A stretch of DNA of 64,000 nt from Microbotryum violaceum (lineage: Eukaryota): positions 62,001-126,000 of the forward strand of contig CDLV01000005.1 of the NCBI GenBank assembly GCA_001244265.2, read 5' to 3'. Under the pieces are notes generated by a model that made no database searches, had not been told where the DNA came from, and saw only the letters and a list, made by a program, of their open reading frames with translations. A program made the translations under genes and the position numbers. This document shows positions 12,377-24,929 of this stretch, one piece after another; the first letter of the stretch is position 1; each line of letters opens with the position of its first letter.

Positions 12377-12777
12377 TAGCATCATTTTCGAGGCTGGGAC
12401 CCCCCCATATTTCTTACAGCAAATGCAGACACTACTAACCCGCTCCAAACGCAAACAGCGCGCCGCTGGGCCGGCTATGCCCTGCGCCTCCAGCCGATCC
12501 AGCCTCCCGCTACCCTGGTCTGCGCTTCAAAGTTCAACCGGAGGGAGGAAAATGTTCAAAAATGAGGTGAGCCTTGACCCATCATGAGCCACAAAATGTC
12601 CAAATTCGCGGGCTGCCTAGCCGATTTTCGGGTCCCCAGAATGTTCAAGTTTTGCGGGCCGCTTCTGGCTGGGCTTTCGGGGGTCCTGGCCGGCCCCAAG
12701 CGAGGCGGTGCGCCACATCCCCCGCATCCGACGGTGCACGCCTTCCTCTTCACAACGACTCACCGCCACCCTCGATC

Positions 12778-13512
12778 ATGCGGGATGCACCACCGGCATA
12801 CACACCAGCACCAATCCCTCGCGATGCCCGAATCCATCGTACCAAAGCCAGCCTGTTGAGCCTGCCCGAACCGATCCTGTTGCTCATCATCTCGCACTGC
12901 CCCGTCTCCACAATCGCCTTCAGCCTTCGTGCTACATGCCACAAACTCTTCACCTACGCCCTCTCGGTCCTCCGATCCGTCTACCTCCCACTCTACGCGT
13001 CTCTAGTCCAAGCGCCCAATACCTCGTCGCCGCTGTCGCCGCCATCGTCTCGCGAACGCAAGGTGTTGGACCTGTTCATCCTCGGTCGAAGTTGGGTCGC
13101 GAACGAGCAAAGTGCGAGCGAATTGCTCCTCTCATCAAGGACCGAATGGTCACCTGATGAATCGCAAGCCGGTCTAGAGCGAGACATTTTCAATTTCCTA
13201 CAACCCAAAGCCAGGACCGAGGACCTCGTCATTGATCTTCTCTCCACCAAGTGCTCGGAGACCGACCTCGATCCAAATCTCATAAAAGATCTCAAACTCG
13301 TCCTCACGCGATCGCAAGTGACCCTGACACTACCTTGGCGATCCTCGAATCTCGAGACCAAGCGCAAACCCGTTGATAAGGTGATATTTCAGGTCCCCAC
13401 GAGGCAAGGAGAATTGTTGGAACGGCTCGCGAGAAGGATAGCGAGTGAGTTCACGTCGGGTAGGGTGAGGGTACGTAAGGATTGCATGATGGGTTGGTAC
13501 GATTGGGCGTAG
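12778..13512 (+). CDS. F-box domain protein
   Basis: LLSLPEPILLLIISHCPVSTIAFSLRATCHKL F-box motif; uninterrupted ORF from ATG 12778. Confidence 0.8.
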   Translation: MRDAPPAYTPAPIPRDARIHRTKASLLSLPEPILLLIISHCPVSTIAFSLRATCHKLFTYALSVLRSVYLPLYASLVQAPNTSSPLSPPSSRERKVLDLFILGRSWVANEQSASELLLSSRTEWSPDESQAGLERDIFNFLQPKARTEDLVIDLLSTKCSETDLDPNLIKDLKLVLTRSQVTLTLPWRSSNLETKRKPVDKVIFQVPTRQGELLERLARRIASEFTSGRVRVRKDCMMGWYDWA

Positions 13513-14523
13513 CTATCGAAATAGCTCGGATGAAGAGTCCATAAGGTTGTAACCCTATCCGGGTTTTCGCAATCGACATTCGAAAACCTCGATGCGGCAA
13601 AACCGTAGCTTGGCACTTTGTCCGCGATGACGGAGTTGAAAAAGTCGGAGCACCATGTGACTCGGAGAGGCACAGTGTGAGGGGCAAGGCACACTCTTGC
13701 GACGTCGATCGTTATCGCAAGCGAAGATCGCCTCAACTAGCACTCGAAGGCTGTGTCCGCCGCTTCTGGGAGCCTTGGACAACACGGTCGGCGGTATTTG
13801 ACTGGCGGCGACGACGGTCGCGCATTCTCGTCGCGAATTCCTCTCGGCCTGAACGACGGCCACCGGTACCTCTCGCGCATGCCAAGCCCTTCCTGCAGCT
13901 GGTCAACGACCGAGATTTTGCGGTATTGTCTAGGTGATAGGGTGATAGATGTCTAGGTGAGGGGAGGAAGAGTGCAAACCGCGAGGCAGTTGTAACTTTT
14001 GACTGATCCTGGGCTGAAATTTTGACAATCATCAGTGCAGATACTCGTTTTCGTAAGGGTGCCGCGAATTTTGGTCACGTGCGTGGCAGGCCTGGTCCTC
14101 TTCGGGCAAACGGGTCGCCAACGAAGAGTAGACGTCTCCAACGGTTTCCGGGGACGACTTCGGAGCACCGCCAACGAATGCCTACTCAACCATCCTCTTC
14201 TAAAACAGATGCCATCGACTGCAGATCTCCCTGTTTGTGTCGCAGGCGATGTCCAAATTTGCTCGCAAATAAATCGAGGTCTTGGGCCCGCGCTGGCTCG
14301 CTCGCTGCTCGGGCATTTGCTCGCTCTCGCGGGCGCGCAATCGTCGACGCGGGTGGACAAGTCGCTCGCCACGGACAGTTTTTCGGCGATGGCCTCTCGA
14401 GACTCGACAAGCAACACCTCGAAGTGGCGAACAAGGAGACGGCTTTCTCTCCTTCACATCACATCTCTCTCAAGCTTCACATTTTCCTTTGTCTCCCCCT
14501 TCCTTGTTATCGACTTTGCCACC

Positions 14524-15931
14524 ATGTCCACTGACGACAACAAGACCAAGTAGGTGCTTCTGGAACCTGAGGCCTGAGGCCCGGTCGAGCTTTCCCAACT
14601 TGTCGGACTTACCTGCCGACGCTCAAGACTGACACCGATGGTGCCTACCTTTCCACGCAGGCTCTACCACTATGATCCCTCTTTCGGTTTGGGTGCGTGT
14701 TTGTGTCACCTCTCTGTGTTGTTAGAATTTAGATTGTAAAGCTGACTCTCCGACGTTGGCTCCACTTCCCATAGCCATCGCGGCGACCGCGATCTTCGGC
14801 GCTGTTTTCGTCGGACACGTGTTCTTGATGATGCGCCACAAGGCGTGGTATGTAAGTCCAAGAGCGCCTTTTCGTCGCACGATAGACAAGAGGTCCCCTC
14901 GGATTGTTCCGCCTCAAACTTGTGCTGACTGTTTCTCCTCCCCTCGATCTCTTCAGATGGCCCCCTTCGTCGTCGGTGTCTTTGTAAATTACATCGGATG
15001 GTCGCTCGGTTCATCCTTCAGCAAGCTGACCCGTAAGCTCTTCTGATCTTCAACCCTAGGGTGAATGTGCTGGCTATGCCGTCCGTCGCATATCGGCTGC
15101 GAAACCCCACAATACCATGCTGTATATCATCCAAGAGGTGAGCTCTTTAATTCTATCCCTAGGTCTCCCGTGTCTAAAACAGCAAATCTGATCAAGTTCC
15201 ACTTTACAGATGTTCATCATCCTTGCCCCCGCCTGCATGGCCGCAAGTCACTACATGTGCTTCAGTCGCCTCATCACCTACGTCGGCGAAAAATACTCCC
15301 CTGTCCGTGCGCGTCGCGTGACCGCCGTTTTCGTCACCTTCGACGTCGCCTCGTTCTGTATTCAAGGTGGGGGAGGAGCTTTATATTCGGGCAACAATAC
15401 CAAGAACTTCCGCCTCGCGAAAGCTGTCGTGAGTGTTCTGTCAGACCTCCCCACATTTCGAGGTCACGACATTGACTTTTCTCCCTTCACCCTGGCGCAG
15501 CTCACCGTCGGTTTCTTGATCCAAATCATCTCCTTTGGCATTTTCGCCATTTTCGCGATCATCTGTAAGTTTTTCGTGCCAGCTTGCGATCAATTGGAGG
15601 ATCAGTGGACATATTACTGAAGGTAGTCAACCGTATTCTGCTCACTCTACCAGATCAAACCTGAGCTCGCCGTGCTGGTGAGCCCGCGGGCATGTGGACG
15701 AGGTGCCTATACACTTTGTACATTGGTCAGTTCAATACTTCACTTGGCTCAAATTCCACTCCCGAGTGTTGCTATGACTTGACAGACTTTGTACCATCTA
15801 GGTACTGTCCTCATCTTGATCCGAGGCATCTACCGAACCGTCTCCTTCGCCAGCGGGGACGTCACAACGGGAGGTTACCTCCTCTCCCACGAAGGATGGT
15901 ACTATGGACTCGAAACGAGTGGGCTTCATAG
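14524..15931 (+). pseudogene. RTA1-like paralogue 2, probably disrupted
   Basis: Same exon series as paralogue 1 (LYHYDPSFGL; HVFLMMRHKAWY; FIILAPACMAASHYMCF; LIRGIYRTVSF; WYYGLET), but in-frame TGA at 15662-15664 and no recognisable final TM exon. Confidence 0.75.
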
Positions 15932-16278
15932 ATGTTAAGACAGTTTTAACTCTCATCGTTCGAGTATACTGCTAACGGTGCTTAATGATTGCCGCTGCAC
16001 TGATGGGCCGAGAGAGCCTCTGTCAAATGGAAGCGCAGATGGATTAGAAGCGATGGAAATTCAGTATTAGATCGCCGCTGACGCGCTGACGCGGGATCGG
16101 CACGCTTGGCCTCCCGAAGCGGCCGAGGTTGAACACGTTTGAATGGTGTCGTCATCGCGGTCAGTTACTTTCCCTTTCGCCCTTTCGCCCTTCGCCGCCC
16201 CATCCCGCGCTCCAAGCTCAAGCTCACCTCACCCTTCCGCCTCCACCTCGCTCCTCTCCCCCCGCCACCTCGCACGCG

Positions 16279-17256
16279 ATGGCATCCTCAGCAACAGCGG
16301 CTCGAGTGAGGCCATCGGGCCAATCGTCCCAAGTCCCCGCTGGTATTACGACCCCTGGCACGCCCACCACGCGAGTACGACGACCAGCACCGTCCTCGAA
16401 CCGGCCTGCCCAGCTGCGCACATTCATCACCGTGCTCTTCCTCACGACCTTGCTTGGAACGTCTTACTCGAACTATACCACCTCAACGGATGTGCTCACT
16501 TTCCGGTCGCGCCTCCCGTCGTCGACGTTGACGCGGCATCTGAGCTCGTCGACGACCGGATCCTCGACCGAGTCACTCAAGGCGATCCTGCCCTACTTTG
16601 CCGACAAGCGCAACGTCATCAACCAATACTTTACCAAACAAGCCTGGGTCTGGGTTACGCTCGCCTACATCTTCTACTCGCTGTCGATCTTGGTCTTTGC
16701 TCCCAAACCGAGCAAGTCGGCCCACAAAGTGCAGTTGAACGAGCCTACGTTGGTGCAACACTTTCTCACCATCACCCGTCGCTTCGTCCTCTCGACACTG
16801 TACTGGTACTACCTCACCCAAGCCACCTGGTTCGGCGCCATTTACCGCGGCCCTTCTCTCGCCAAACATCTCCTCCTCTACTCCGGAGCAGTGTGTATGC
16901 CTTCGACGCTCTCTTCCACTTCATCATCGCTCGTCGAACGGAACCTTCAATGCACGGGTCAAAGAGGCGAATATTACCGAGGAGGCCACGATTCCTCGGG
17001 CCACGTTTTCCTAATGGTCCACGCTTCCATCTTCCTCTACTACCTCATCAACCCTTCTATCCAACGCGTGTTCAACCATTCCGTCCCTCAAAAGGACGTC
17101 GGCCTTCCCGAGCGGTTCGTCTTGTATTCCATTTTGACGTTGATGGGGTTATGTTGGTTCGTCCTAGGGTGCACGAGCGTATTCTTCCATTCGCCCGCGG
17201 AGAAGATGAGTGGCTTCTTGTTTGGATTGGGAGGTTGGCTCTTTGCGGGACTTTGA
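16279..17256 (+). CDS. SCS3: FIT family (Scs3/Yft2, FIT2-like) ER membrane acyl-CoA diphosphatase
   Basis: YFADKRNVINQYFTKQAWVW, GGHDSSGHVFLMVHAS, TSVFFHSPAEKMSG motifs. Confidence 0.88.
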   Translation: MASSATAARVRPSGQSSQVPAGITTPGTPTTRVRRPAPSSNRPAQLRTFITVLFLTTLLGTSYSNYTTSTDVLTFRSRLPSSTLTRHLSSSTTGSSTESLKAILPYFADKRNVINQYFTKQAWVWVTLAYIFYSLSILVFAPKPSKSAHKVQLNEPTLVQHFLTITRRFVLSTLYWYYLTQATWFGAIYRGPSLAKHLLLYSGAVCMPSTLSSTSSSLVERNLQCTGQRGEYYRGGHDSSGHVFLMVHASIFLYYLINPSIQRVFNHSVPQKDVGLPERFVLYSILTLMGLCWFVLGCTSVFFHSPAEKMSGFLFGLGGWLFAGL

Positions 17257-17507
17257 AGAGCGGGGAGAGGTTCCCCGAGCGTACGATGAACGGAGGGGGA
17301 CGAGGAAGAACATCCTCAAGACGAGTAATGTATACACACTAGTTTGAACCCTAACCAGAGAGTGAGTTTGTGAATTCCACGAAAAGAAAGAAGAGATTTT
17401 TAACAACATGCACAAAAGAAATAGGGACCAAACCCCCCCCCCCCCTGACAACAAAACTGCGACCAATCTAATTTTTCTGACCCCGCGCATCTTGACGCAC
17501 GCCCCTT

Positions 17508-20500
17508 TCACTTCCAACCCTGCCCGAACGAATCCCCATTCAAACCCGCGACCTCGACGAATCTTCCAAAACTAACCTGCATCTCCCTCATCTTCCTCGC
17601 CTCGTCCCCATTCTCTTCAAACAAATTCCCCATCGGGTCCATCGAATTCATCGGTGTCATAGGAAGGTCGAAAGCTGTATTCGAAGCTGGGGAGACGCCT
17701 GAACTAGAACCGATGTTCCGATGACTTCCGTTCCCACCAAGAGGTGATTCACCATCCGGTGAAACGCTTTGAAGACTTGTCATTGCCGGGCTCGATGAAA
17801 GACCTGTATAAGAAGCCTCATCGCTCCCTCCTCCTCCGATCGGGGCACCACCACACATCATCGTTTGCTCCTGATGTTGAGAAACGACGTGACTACAAGT
17901 CATATCCGCATTTGGTAACGCCAAAGGCGGGTGGTCCAACAAAATCTGCAAATTATGCGCGACGGATGCCCCGAGCGGCGTTTTGAAAGCTCGCATCGCT
18001 GCCAAGATCACTTGTACGTCGGCGACGAGTTGGTTCGTGTTCGGGTTCGGTTGCAGGGCTTGCTTCATAGCTATTTCACGTACGAGCGTTCGTCCCGCGA
18101 CGGACCAAGCGAGGTTGATGTGAGGCGCTAGGAGACCGATGTCGAAAGAAGTGGACCAGAGGTTATAAACGGACGCGAGGATCGACCTCGCCGACGCTAA
18201 ACATTTCGCGAAAGAGGGGTCGTTGTCCTGCATCGCCACCAGAGGTTCATGCATAATGATCGTCGCGACGTGGGGCATCGCATGGATCACACATATACGA
18301 TTATCGACCTTCGTCGACTGACCCTGTGCGTTCGACGCATTCGATTGTTGGTATTCCTTCGGGATCGACATACGGAACAGGACGGCGTCGTTCTCGAGTT
18401 TGCGAAAGGCCGCGGTCGTGCGGATGTCGACGACTCCGGATGGGGGGTAACGGTCTCTGGCGCCGTCGCGTTGCATGTAGGTCACCACGCGCCCTAGGAG
18501 GACGATAGATTTTATGTAGAGTTGCAAAGGTCCGACGAGGTGTGGTGGGTGGAAGGTGAAGAAGTTGGGACTGCGAAGGCGGAAGTAGCAAGATGAGCGA
18601 AGGTCTTCTTAAAGGATCTCCACCGGCACGACTCACTTTTTGATGGACAGAGGCGAGTCGTTGGGATCGGTAGTCTGGAGGAAGCAGTAACTGTCCATGA
18701 GAGTATGTCACTACAGTCACAATACTTCGGTGATCCTGACTCACATCCAACGAAGGATTTCTACACGGTAACAACGACGTAATATCCAATTCGTCCAGCG
18801 AAACCGGCCAATTCGTCGACGCGCTCGCGAACCGATCCCCACAGATAGTGAACCAAAACGTCACCGAACGCTCAAAATACTCTTCATCGTCCTTTATTGG
18901 CGGTAAAAGGTTCGCTTTCTTGCTGGTCGTCATGTTGCGCGTGATGCCGTGCAGTTCCTCGAGTTCTTGTTGGGCTTTCGACCGTAAATGGGAGAGGCCG
19001 AGCGGACCGGTCAATCGAGTTGAAAGACCGCATCCGAGCCAGACTTCGATGAAGCGAGCCGAGGTGTACCAAAAGTAGCAGAGCAAGACCATTGCCTGCT
19101 GGACATGGAACAATGCCTGCCCCTTGCGCACGGAATCATCCACCGCGGCCCTCGATTTCTGCGCATGATAATCCGCCGGCGATATCTCCTGCGCCACCCC
19201 GTCCTGACGACGTAGCCAATACCCGTGCTCGTGGCCGTAGAAATCGTCGCTAACCATCCTGACCGTACAAGCGAGGATGGCATGGAGGATCGAGCGATGC
19301 GGGAAGCCGTGGTGCGACGGAGGCAGCATCATCGAGGCCATAAGCCGATCCCTATTGATCATTTCCTTGAAGACGTGCGATTTGGCGAAAAAGACATCCA
19401 AGAGTCGGTTGACCAAGCCAGGACTGGGTAGATCGACCGGCCATCCGGGGTACAAGAGCTCAAGGAGGTACGAGTCATCCGAGACCGGAATGCTTGGGCC
19501 TGCATCGGACGTATACGGCGAAAAGAGTCGCTCCGTGGACGAGAAGCCGGAGGTGATCGTCGAGAGCATTGGTTGCTGACTTGTCGTGGCTTGCAGCAGA
19601 GAGTCTAAACTTGTTGCTGGCGACGTGATGTTGCCGCCATTCCTCAGGAGACCCATGGTTGAGGGCGAGTTGCTGAACGAGCCTGAGTCCATGACGACGT
19701 GAGCGGAGCTGAATGACGAGCCCGATCCCGAAGGCGAAGTCGCGGCAGCCAGTTTAGCTTCCAGTATAGCTGTGTGAATCGTTGTTTAAGGGTAAGCGCA
19801 GCATCCTAGTAATGTCCCAGATTTCGTGCTCGACTAACCGAGCTGTCTCTCGAGCTCTTTCTCGCGTGGTGTCGGTCCCGCCGAAGCCGGGGGCGAAGAA
19901 TATGCCGGTGCAAGAGCGATCGGTGCTGTAGAGCTCGCGGGCCTCTTGCGTTTGCTCGGTGGCTTTTCTGAGTCATCATAAGGGCATGCGAATGTGTTGG
20001 GGTCTCTGTAAGTGCGCGCAGCAACGCGCAAGTTGGCGAGCGAAGAATCAGCGTCCGACCCGAGGCGCCGAAGGCTTTGTTCGGGGACCTCCCGGGCCGA
20101 CTCACTCGCCGTGGGCAAGCGCCGAACGAGTGCATCCCCCACACACCGGTCTCGCTCCATCACACTTGACCTGTGGTAATGAGTCACAGGGCCAGCTAGG
20201 TTAGCTTGGTGGTTGGAATACCGGTCGATCGCTGCGACCTCAGCCAGGAACTTGGGCCGGATTCAGGCGCGGGCGAATACAGCGCCGTAGCTTATCCCGG
20301 GTGTGTGATCGCAGACTTGCCTTGCGTCTCCTACATGCGAGGCACGATTGCTGTGGATGAACAGACGCATCACGATCAGCTGGCTGCTGTTGTATTAGCC
20401 CCAAAAGAGTCTCATCCTGGCCTGCCGATGGGGTGGTTAGGACGCGCGCTGCTGCCTCCCGCCGGCAATCCCGTTCGTTCCGCGCTGAGCTCATGTACGT

Positions 20501-20622
20501 ACGCCTCTGGGCAACGATGCCGCGTGGGTCGCGCCTTTGCTCGACAAGGGCAATCCTAAGGCCAGCGCATCCCGGAACGAAGTCGTCGTGGCCTTGTTCG
20601 AGGGGTCCGGTGCTGGATCCAT
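17508..20622 (-). CDS. Zn(II)2Cys6 fungal transcription factor with fungal-specific TF middle domain, spliced
   Basis: ATG 20622 MDPAPDP..SLPRG|QSCLACRRRK|.KCDGARPVCGGC..ACPYD; middle region LLDVFF..ERSVTFWFTICGDRFASASTNWPVSLD. Confidence 0.88.
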
Positions 20623-20626
20623 GGCT

Positions 20627-20670
20627 TGGTGTGAGCGCGTGTGTTGGTGTGAGCGCGTGTGTTGGTGTGC
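20627..20670. repeat. 18-bp tandem repeat just upstream of the TF start codon
   Basis: TGGTGTGAGCGCGTGTGT repeated about 2.4 times. Confidence 0.7.
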
Positions 20671-21341
20671 TTGACCCGGAGAGCGTGAGACTTCCTGCGA
20701 GAAGGCTGGTAAGTTGGGAGCCAGAGAGGCGGAATGCTCACAAGTCGGGACTTTTCCGGGCTTCGGGTTCGAAAGCTCCCGCGTCGTGAGCTCGGACCCA
20801 CCATGGCGATTTTCCGATTTAGCGCAGCCGAAAAAATTTGGACATCGTCATGACCTCATTGGCGGCAACATCCGCAAGTCATTTTCTCTATATTGGTAAG
20901 TTTTCTGTATGGGCTCACCTAAATAGATCAACATCTCAATGTTGACTCCTTGCCTAGACTGAGTGACTCGATCAGTCGGCCGCATGGGACTCTCACACGC
21001 AGCCCATCGTCGAGTCACGTCTCTCCGCTTCAGACACGTCAGCCAAACTTTGGTGTCTTATCTGGCGCCAACCACGTGGTGCGAGCCAGGCCCTCGAGCG
21101 AGATGTAGCTTTTCCTCTTGATCACCTCAACCGATCACGAACGACTTTATTTGCGTACCAACACCCGGTACATCTCCTCTCTTGTACCTGCCCTCGAACG
21201 CCGAGTCGTCACGTGCTGGTGCCGTGACTGCCCCACATAGCGAACACCAGCTCCTGCGAACAGGACCCAGAGTTATACTCGTGCCTCAGGCAGCGTCTGG
21301 CGTCTTCTACTTCATTCCGATCCACTCCTCCATACCCAACA

Positions 21342-24300
21342 ATGTCCTCGAACAACACCCAACTTGAAGTCGTCACCAGCTCAAGCGTAGGCCCGGACGA
21401 CGTGCGATTGACCAGCGACGTCGTGCAAGTTCCCCTTCCGCTTTTCGATTGTCTCCAAACCCCTGCTCATAAATCTTCGAATTCTAAACAGACCATCGCA
21501 TTATGACCTCGTGATCAAGACTGATCTTGAGAACTTGACCTTTTCCGGTACGGCCGAAAATCACCCTCGACGTACTGCACCAAGTCCCTTCGATCGTGCT
21601 TCACGTCGACGAGTCTATCCAGATCAAGCACGCGGTCCTCTCACATGGTCGAAAATCTCCCAATCAACCAGCGACGAAGTTTAGATTGGATACCAAGCCC
21701 GAGCGCGTAGAGATCGTCTTCGAGAGCGGAAAGATTACCCCTGGTCAAGTTCGATTGGGTTTGCGTTGGGAGTCCAAGCTGGGCACGACAGCAGGGTATT
21801 ACCGTTCGACTTATCCGGCTCCTGGCGGACAAGAGGGTGAAATCGTCCGTGACACTACGTTATCTGGACTAACAATCACATTTGTGAAAGACGAGCTGAC
21901 CGGGAGGTAATACACCTCGTTTAGGCTTACTACGCCATCACCCAATTTCAACCGACCGCGGCCCGTCGAGCTTTCCCATGCTTCGATGAGCCAGCCCTCA
22001 AAGCGACGTTTGCGATTTAGATGATCTCGCGCACGGACTCGGTCTCGCTGTCCAACATGAATGTCATAGCGACGAAGCATCTCGGCGCCGGAGGGGACTT
22101 TCCTCGAACGTCGCTCTTGGAAAATTCTTTCTTCACTCAAAATGGACCCGCAGCCGACACGAAGCCCACTGCATCCGACAATGCAACAACGATTTCTGCT
22201 TCGTCCGTCTCCCACGGTGACTTCCAAGACGACTGGACCCTAACTTCATTCGCTACGATGCCCAAAGTCTCGACCTATCTGGTGGCCTTTGCAAACGGTC
22301 CTTTTGCCCATCTCGAATTGACCTTCACCTCGGCGATTTCGGGTAGGGTCATCCCCCTTCGCGTGTATGCGACTGCGGATTGTGTCGAGCAAGGAGCCTT
22401 GACGCTCGAGACCATGGCGAAGATATTGCCCCTCTACGAGAAGTTGTTTGATGTTGGTGAGCTCGACTTTTCACCGTATTAGCTTCGATGCCGCCTCGCT
22501 GACGTATATTCTTCTACTTTAGAGTACCCATTGCCCAAGCTCGATTCTCTCATCGTTACAGACTGCCCAGCCGCGATGGAGAATTGGGGTCTCATCATCG
22601 GCGTCAAGGACGGGTACGTCTACGACCCTACCAAGAGCAGTATCAAGAACAAGAAAAAAGTCGTCGTTTTCAATTCGCACGAAGTGGCTCACCAATGGTT
22701 TGGCAACATCGTCACCTTCGATTGGTGGGATGGCTTCTGGCTGAATGAAGCGTTCGCGACCTTGGTCGGGGAGGTGCTTATGCTTGATGAGATTGAGCCT
22801 TCGTGGAGGGTGCATAGTGGGTTTGTGAAGAAAGAGCTCGCGGAGGCACTGCGACTTGATGCGCTGCCTTCTTCGCACCCGATCCAGGTGCCTTGTCCCG
22901 ACGAAGCTGTAAGGATAAAGTGTGATCGAAGGGTTGGGACGGGTGTGCCACAGCAAGCTGAGTGTGCGATCTTGTGTTGTGCTTTGGTCCCCTGCAGACG
23001 ATCGGTCAAATTTTCGACGCCATCTCCTACTGCAAAGGTGCTAGCGTACTCAAGATGTTCTCCAACTTTATCGGCCAAGAAATTTTCATCCGTGGAGTGT
23101 CGATCTACCTCAAGCGCTTCCTGTACGGCAACACCGTCGCCAAAGATCTATGGGACGGTATCTCCGAAGCGAGCGGAATGGATGTGGCGACGATGATGGA
23201 GAACTGGACGTTAAAGGTTGGGTATCCGGTCGTTACCGTCGAAGAAACGGTCGAGGGGCTCAAGCTTCGACAGAATCGTTTCATCAGCACACGAAACGTC
23301 AAGGCCGAAGAGGACGAGGTCCTCTGGCATATTCCACTTCAACTCTTGGTCGTGCGGGACGGCAAAACCGCCATCAATCACGACTTGCTCCTCACGAAAC
23401 ACGAAATGACAATCCCTCTTCAAGACGTCGCCAACACGACTTACAAACTCAACACAAGCACATGCGGCGTTTACCGCACCTCGTATCCCAAAGACCGACT
23501 CGTCAAAATCGGCCAAGAAGCGGGCAAGCCCGATACCCCTTTTGATCTCAGTGATCGAATGGGTCTCGTCGGCGACGCGATAGCTCTCGCTATTGCAGGA
23601 CTGTCCAAGACGAGCGCTAGCTTAAGTTTCCTTTCCGAGCTTCGGAACGAAAAGGAGAACCTCGTTCTTCAAGCCGTTGCGGATTCACTCGCGACGCTGG
23701 CCTCGACCTGGTGGGAGCAACCCAAAGACGTGCGCGATGCGATCTCCAAACTCCGTCGGACGCTCTTTGGTCCCATCGCGGAACGATCGGGCTTTGATGA
23801 TTCGACCGAGGACGATGTGGATACGTTGGAACTGCGCGCCACGGCGATTACGACCGCCGCCGCCGCAGAAGATCCCAAGATCCTCGCCGAGTACCAGAGA
23901 CGCTTCACCCCCTTTTTGGAGAAGAACGACGAGTCTCTCATCCCTTCCGAGCTTCAAGAAAGCATATACGCTACTTGCGTCAAGAAGGGAGGGGAGAAGG
24001 AGTTTGAGAAGATGGTGAGCGTGTTCCGTGCGCCAGAGACGCCGGATCAGGCTGTAGCGGCCGTGAAGGGTATGTCTGCGACGCAGGATCAGAAGCGGTT
24101 GGAGAGGGTGTTTGAGATCATCAAGAGGGAGGATAGGTCAATTAATTGTGCGTTTCTATCGGGGGTTCACTTCGCGCCTTCGACCCTGCTGACAGCTTCG
24201 TCATCTCCTTCGTTCAGATTTCGTGCACTCCATCCGAGCCTTGAGCGTGAACCCCTTTGCTACGCGCGCGTTGTGGCGCTTCTTCCAGGATCACTATGAC

Positions 24301-24622
24301 TACATTTCCCGTCGCTTCGAAGGTTGTGAGTCATGTTACGATCGCCTCTTAAGACCTACAAGCAATCGATAGACTGACTTACCGTCTTGGCTTCTCTCCA
24401 ACAGCGCTCTTGATCACCGCCGTCGTACCGATTTGCTTCGCTCGTCTCACGACCGAGGCCGACGCGCTAGCAGTTGAGAAATGGGCTCAGAGTGTCGATT
24501 CGTCGGCTTTCAGTCAGGCTTTGGGCCAGGGTCTTGATCGGGTGAGGTTGAATGCCAAGTGGTTGGAAAGGGATGCGGGAGATGTGGAGGGGTGGTTGAG
24601 GGAGAGCGGGTATTTCGAGTAG
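21342..24622 (+). pseudogene. M1 zinc aminopeptidase (Ape2/puromycin-sensitive type) with apparent frameshift and premature stop
   Basis: [52 protein letters not shown]1-like C-terminus; extra A near 21557-21560 and in-frame TAG at 22018-22020. Confidence 0.75.
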
Positions 24623-24929
24623 GGGGTTACTAGTGGGGGTTGTTTTTTTCTTCCTGAAGAGCGGTTGGGTGCACGTCGGAGGTGACTATATATGCTTGCT
24701 CGGTAGAACTGGGAATGAACTTGAAAGTGAAGTACAAACGACTCGGTGGGAGTGAAACTGAGGCCTTATTATAGTGCGCCACGGTGTCGGGTCGCCACTG
24801 AAATCGTCGCGCGTGCCCTCGGGTGCCTGCCCGCGCGCTCAGGCCGCTCGGCTCGGCTCAGCTGTTCCGCAGGTGGGGGCGGCACGCGTATCGTCGTCGG
24901 CTTCAGCCTCAACTTGGACGACATATAAC

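Larger units (their letters stand above)
2391..12688. mobile_element. Putative non-autonomous TIR DNA transposon carrying an SDR gene and nested TEs
   Basis: 33-bp inverted repeats at 2391-2423 and 12656-12688 (31/33 identical), GCCGGC immediately outside both ends, subterminal AAAATGTCCAAATT-like motifs at both ends. Confidence 0.6.

Noticed and set aside
12574-12777. N-terminal extension of the F-box ORF into the TIR
   Set aside because: The ORF track uses a non-ATG start and reads through TE end sequence; ATG 12778 is the plausible start.
13520-14450. Cluster of overlapping short ORFs between the F-box gene and RTA1-2
   Set aside because: No recognisable domain or convincing splice model.
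16143-17342. 399-aa alternative-frame ORF overlapping the FIT gene
   Set aside because: Arg/Pro/His-rich composition with no motif, as expected for a shadow ORF of a GC-rich coding sequence.
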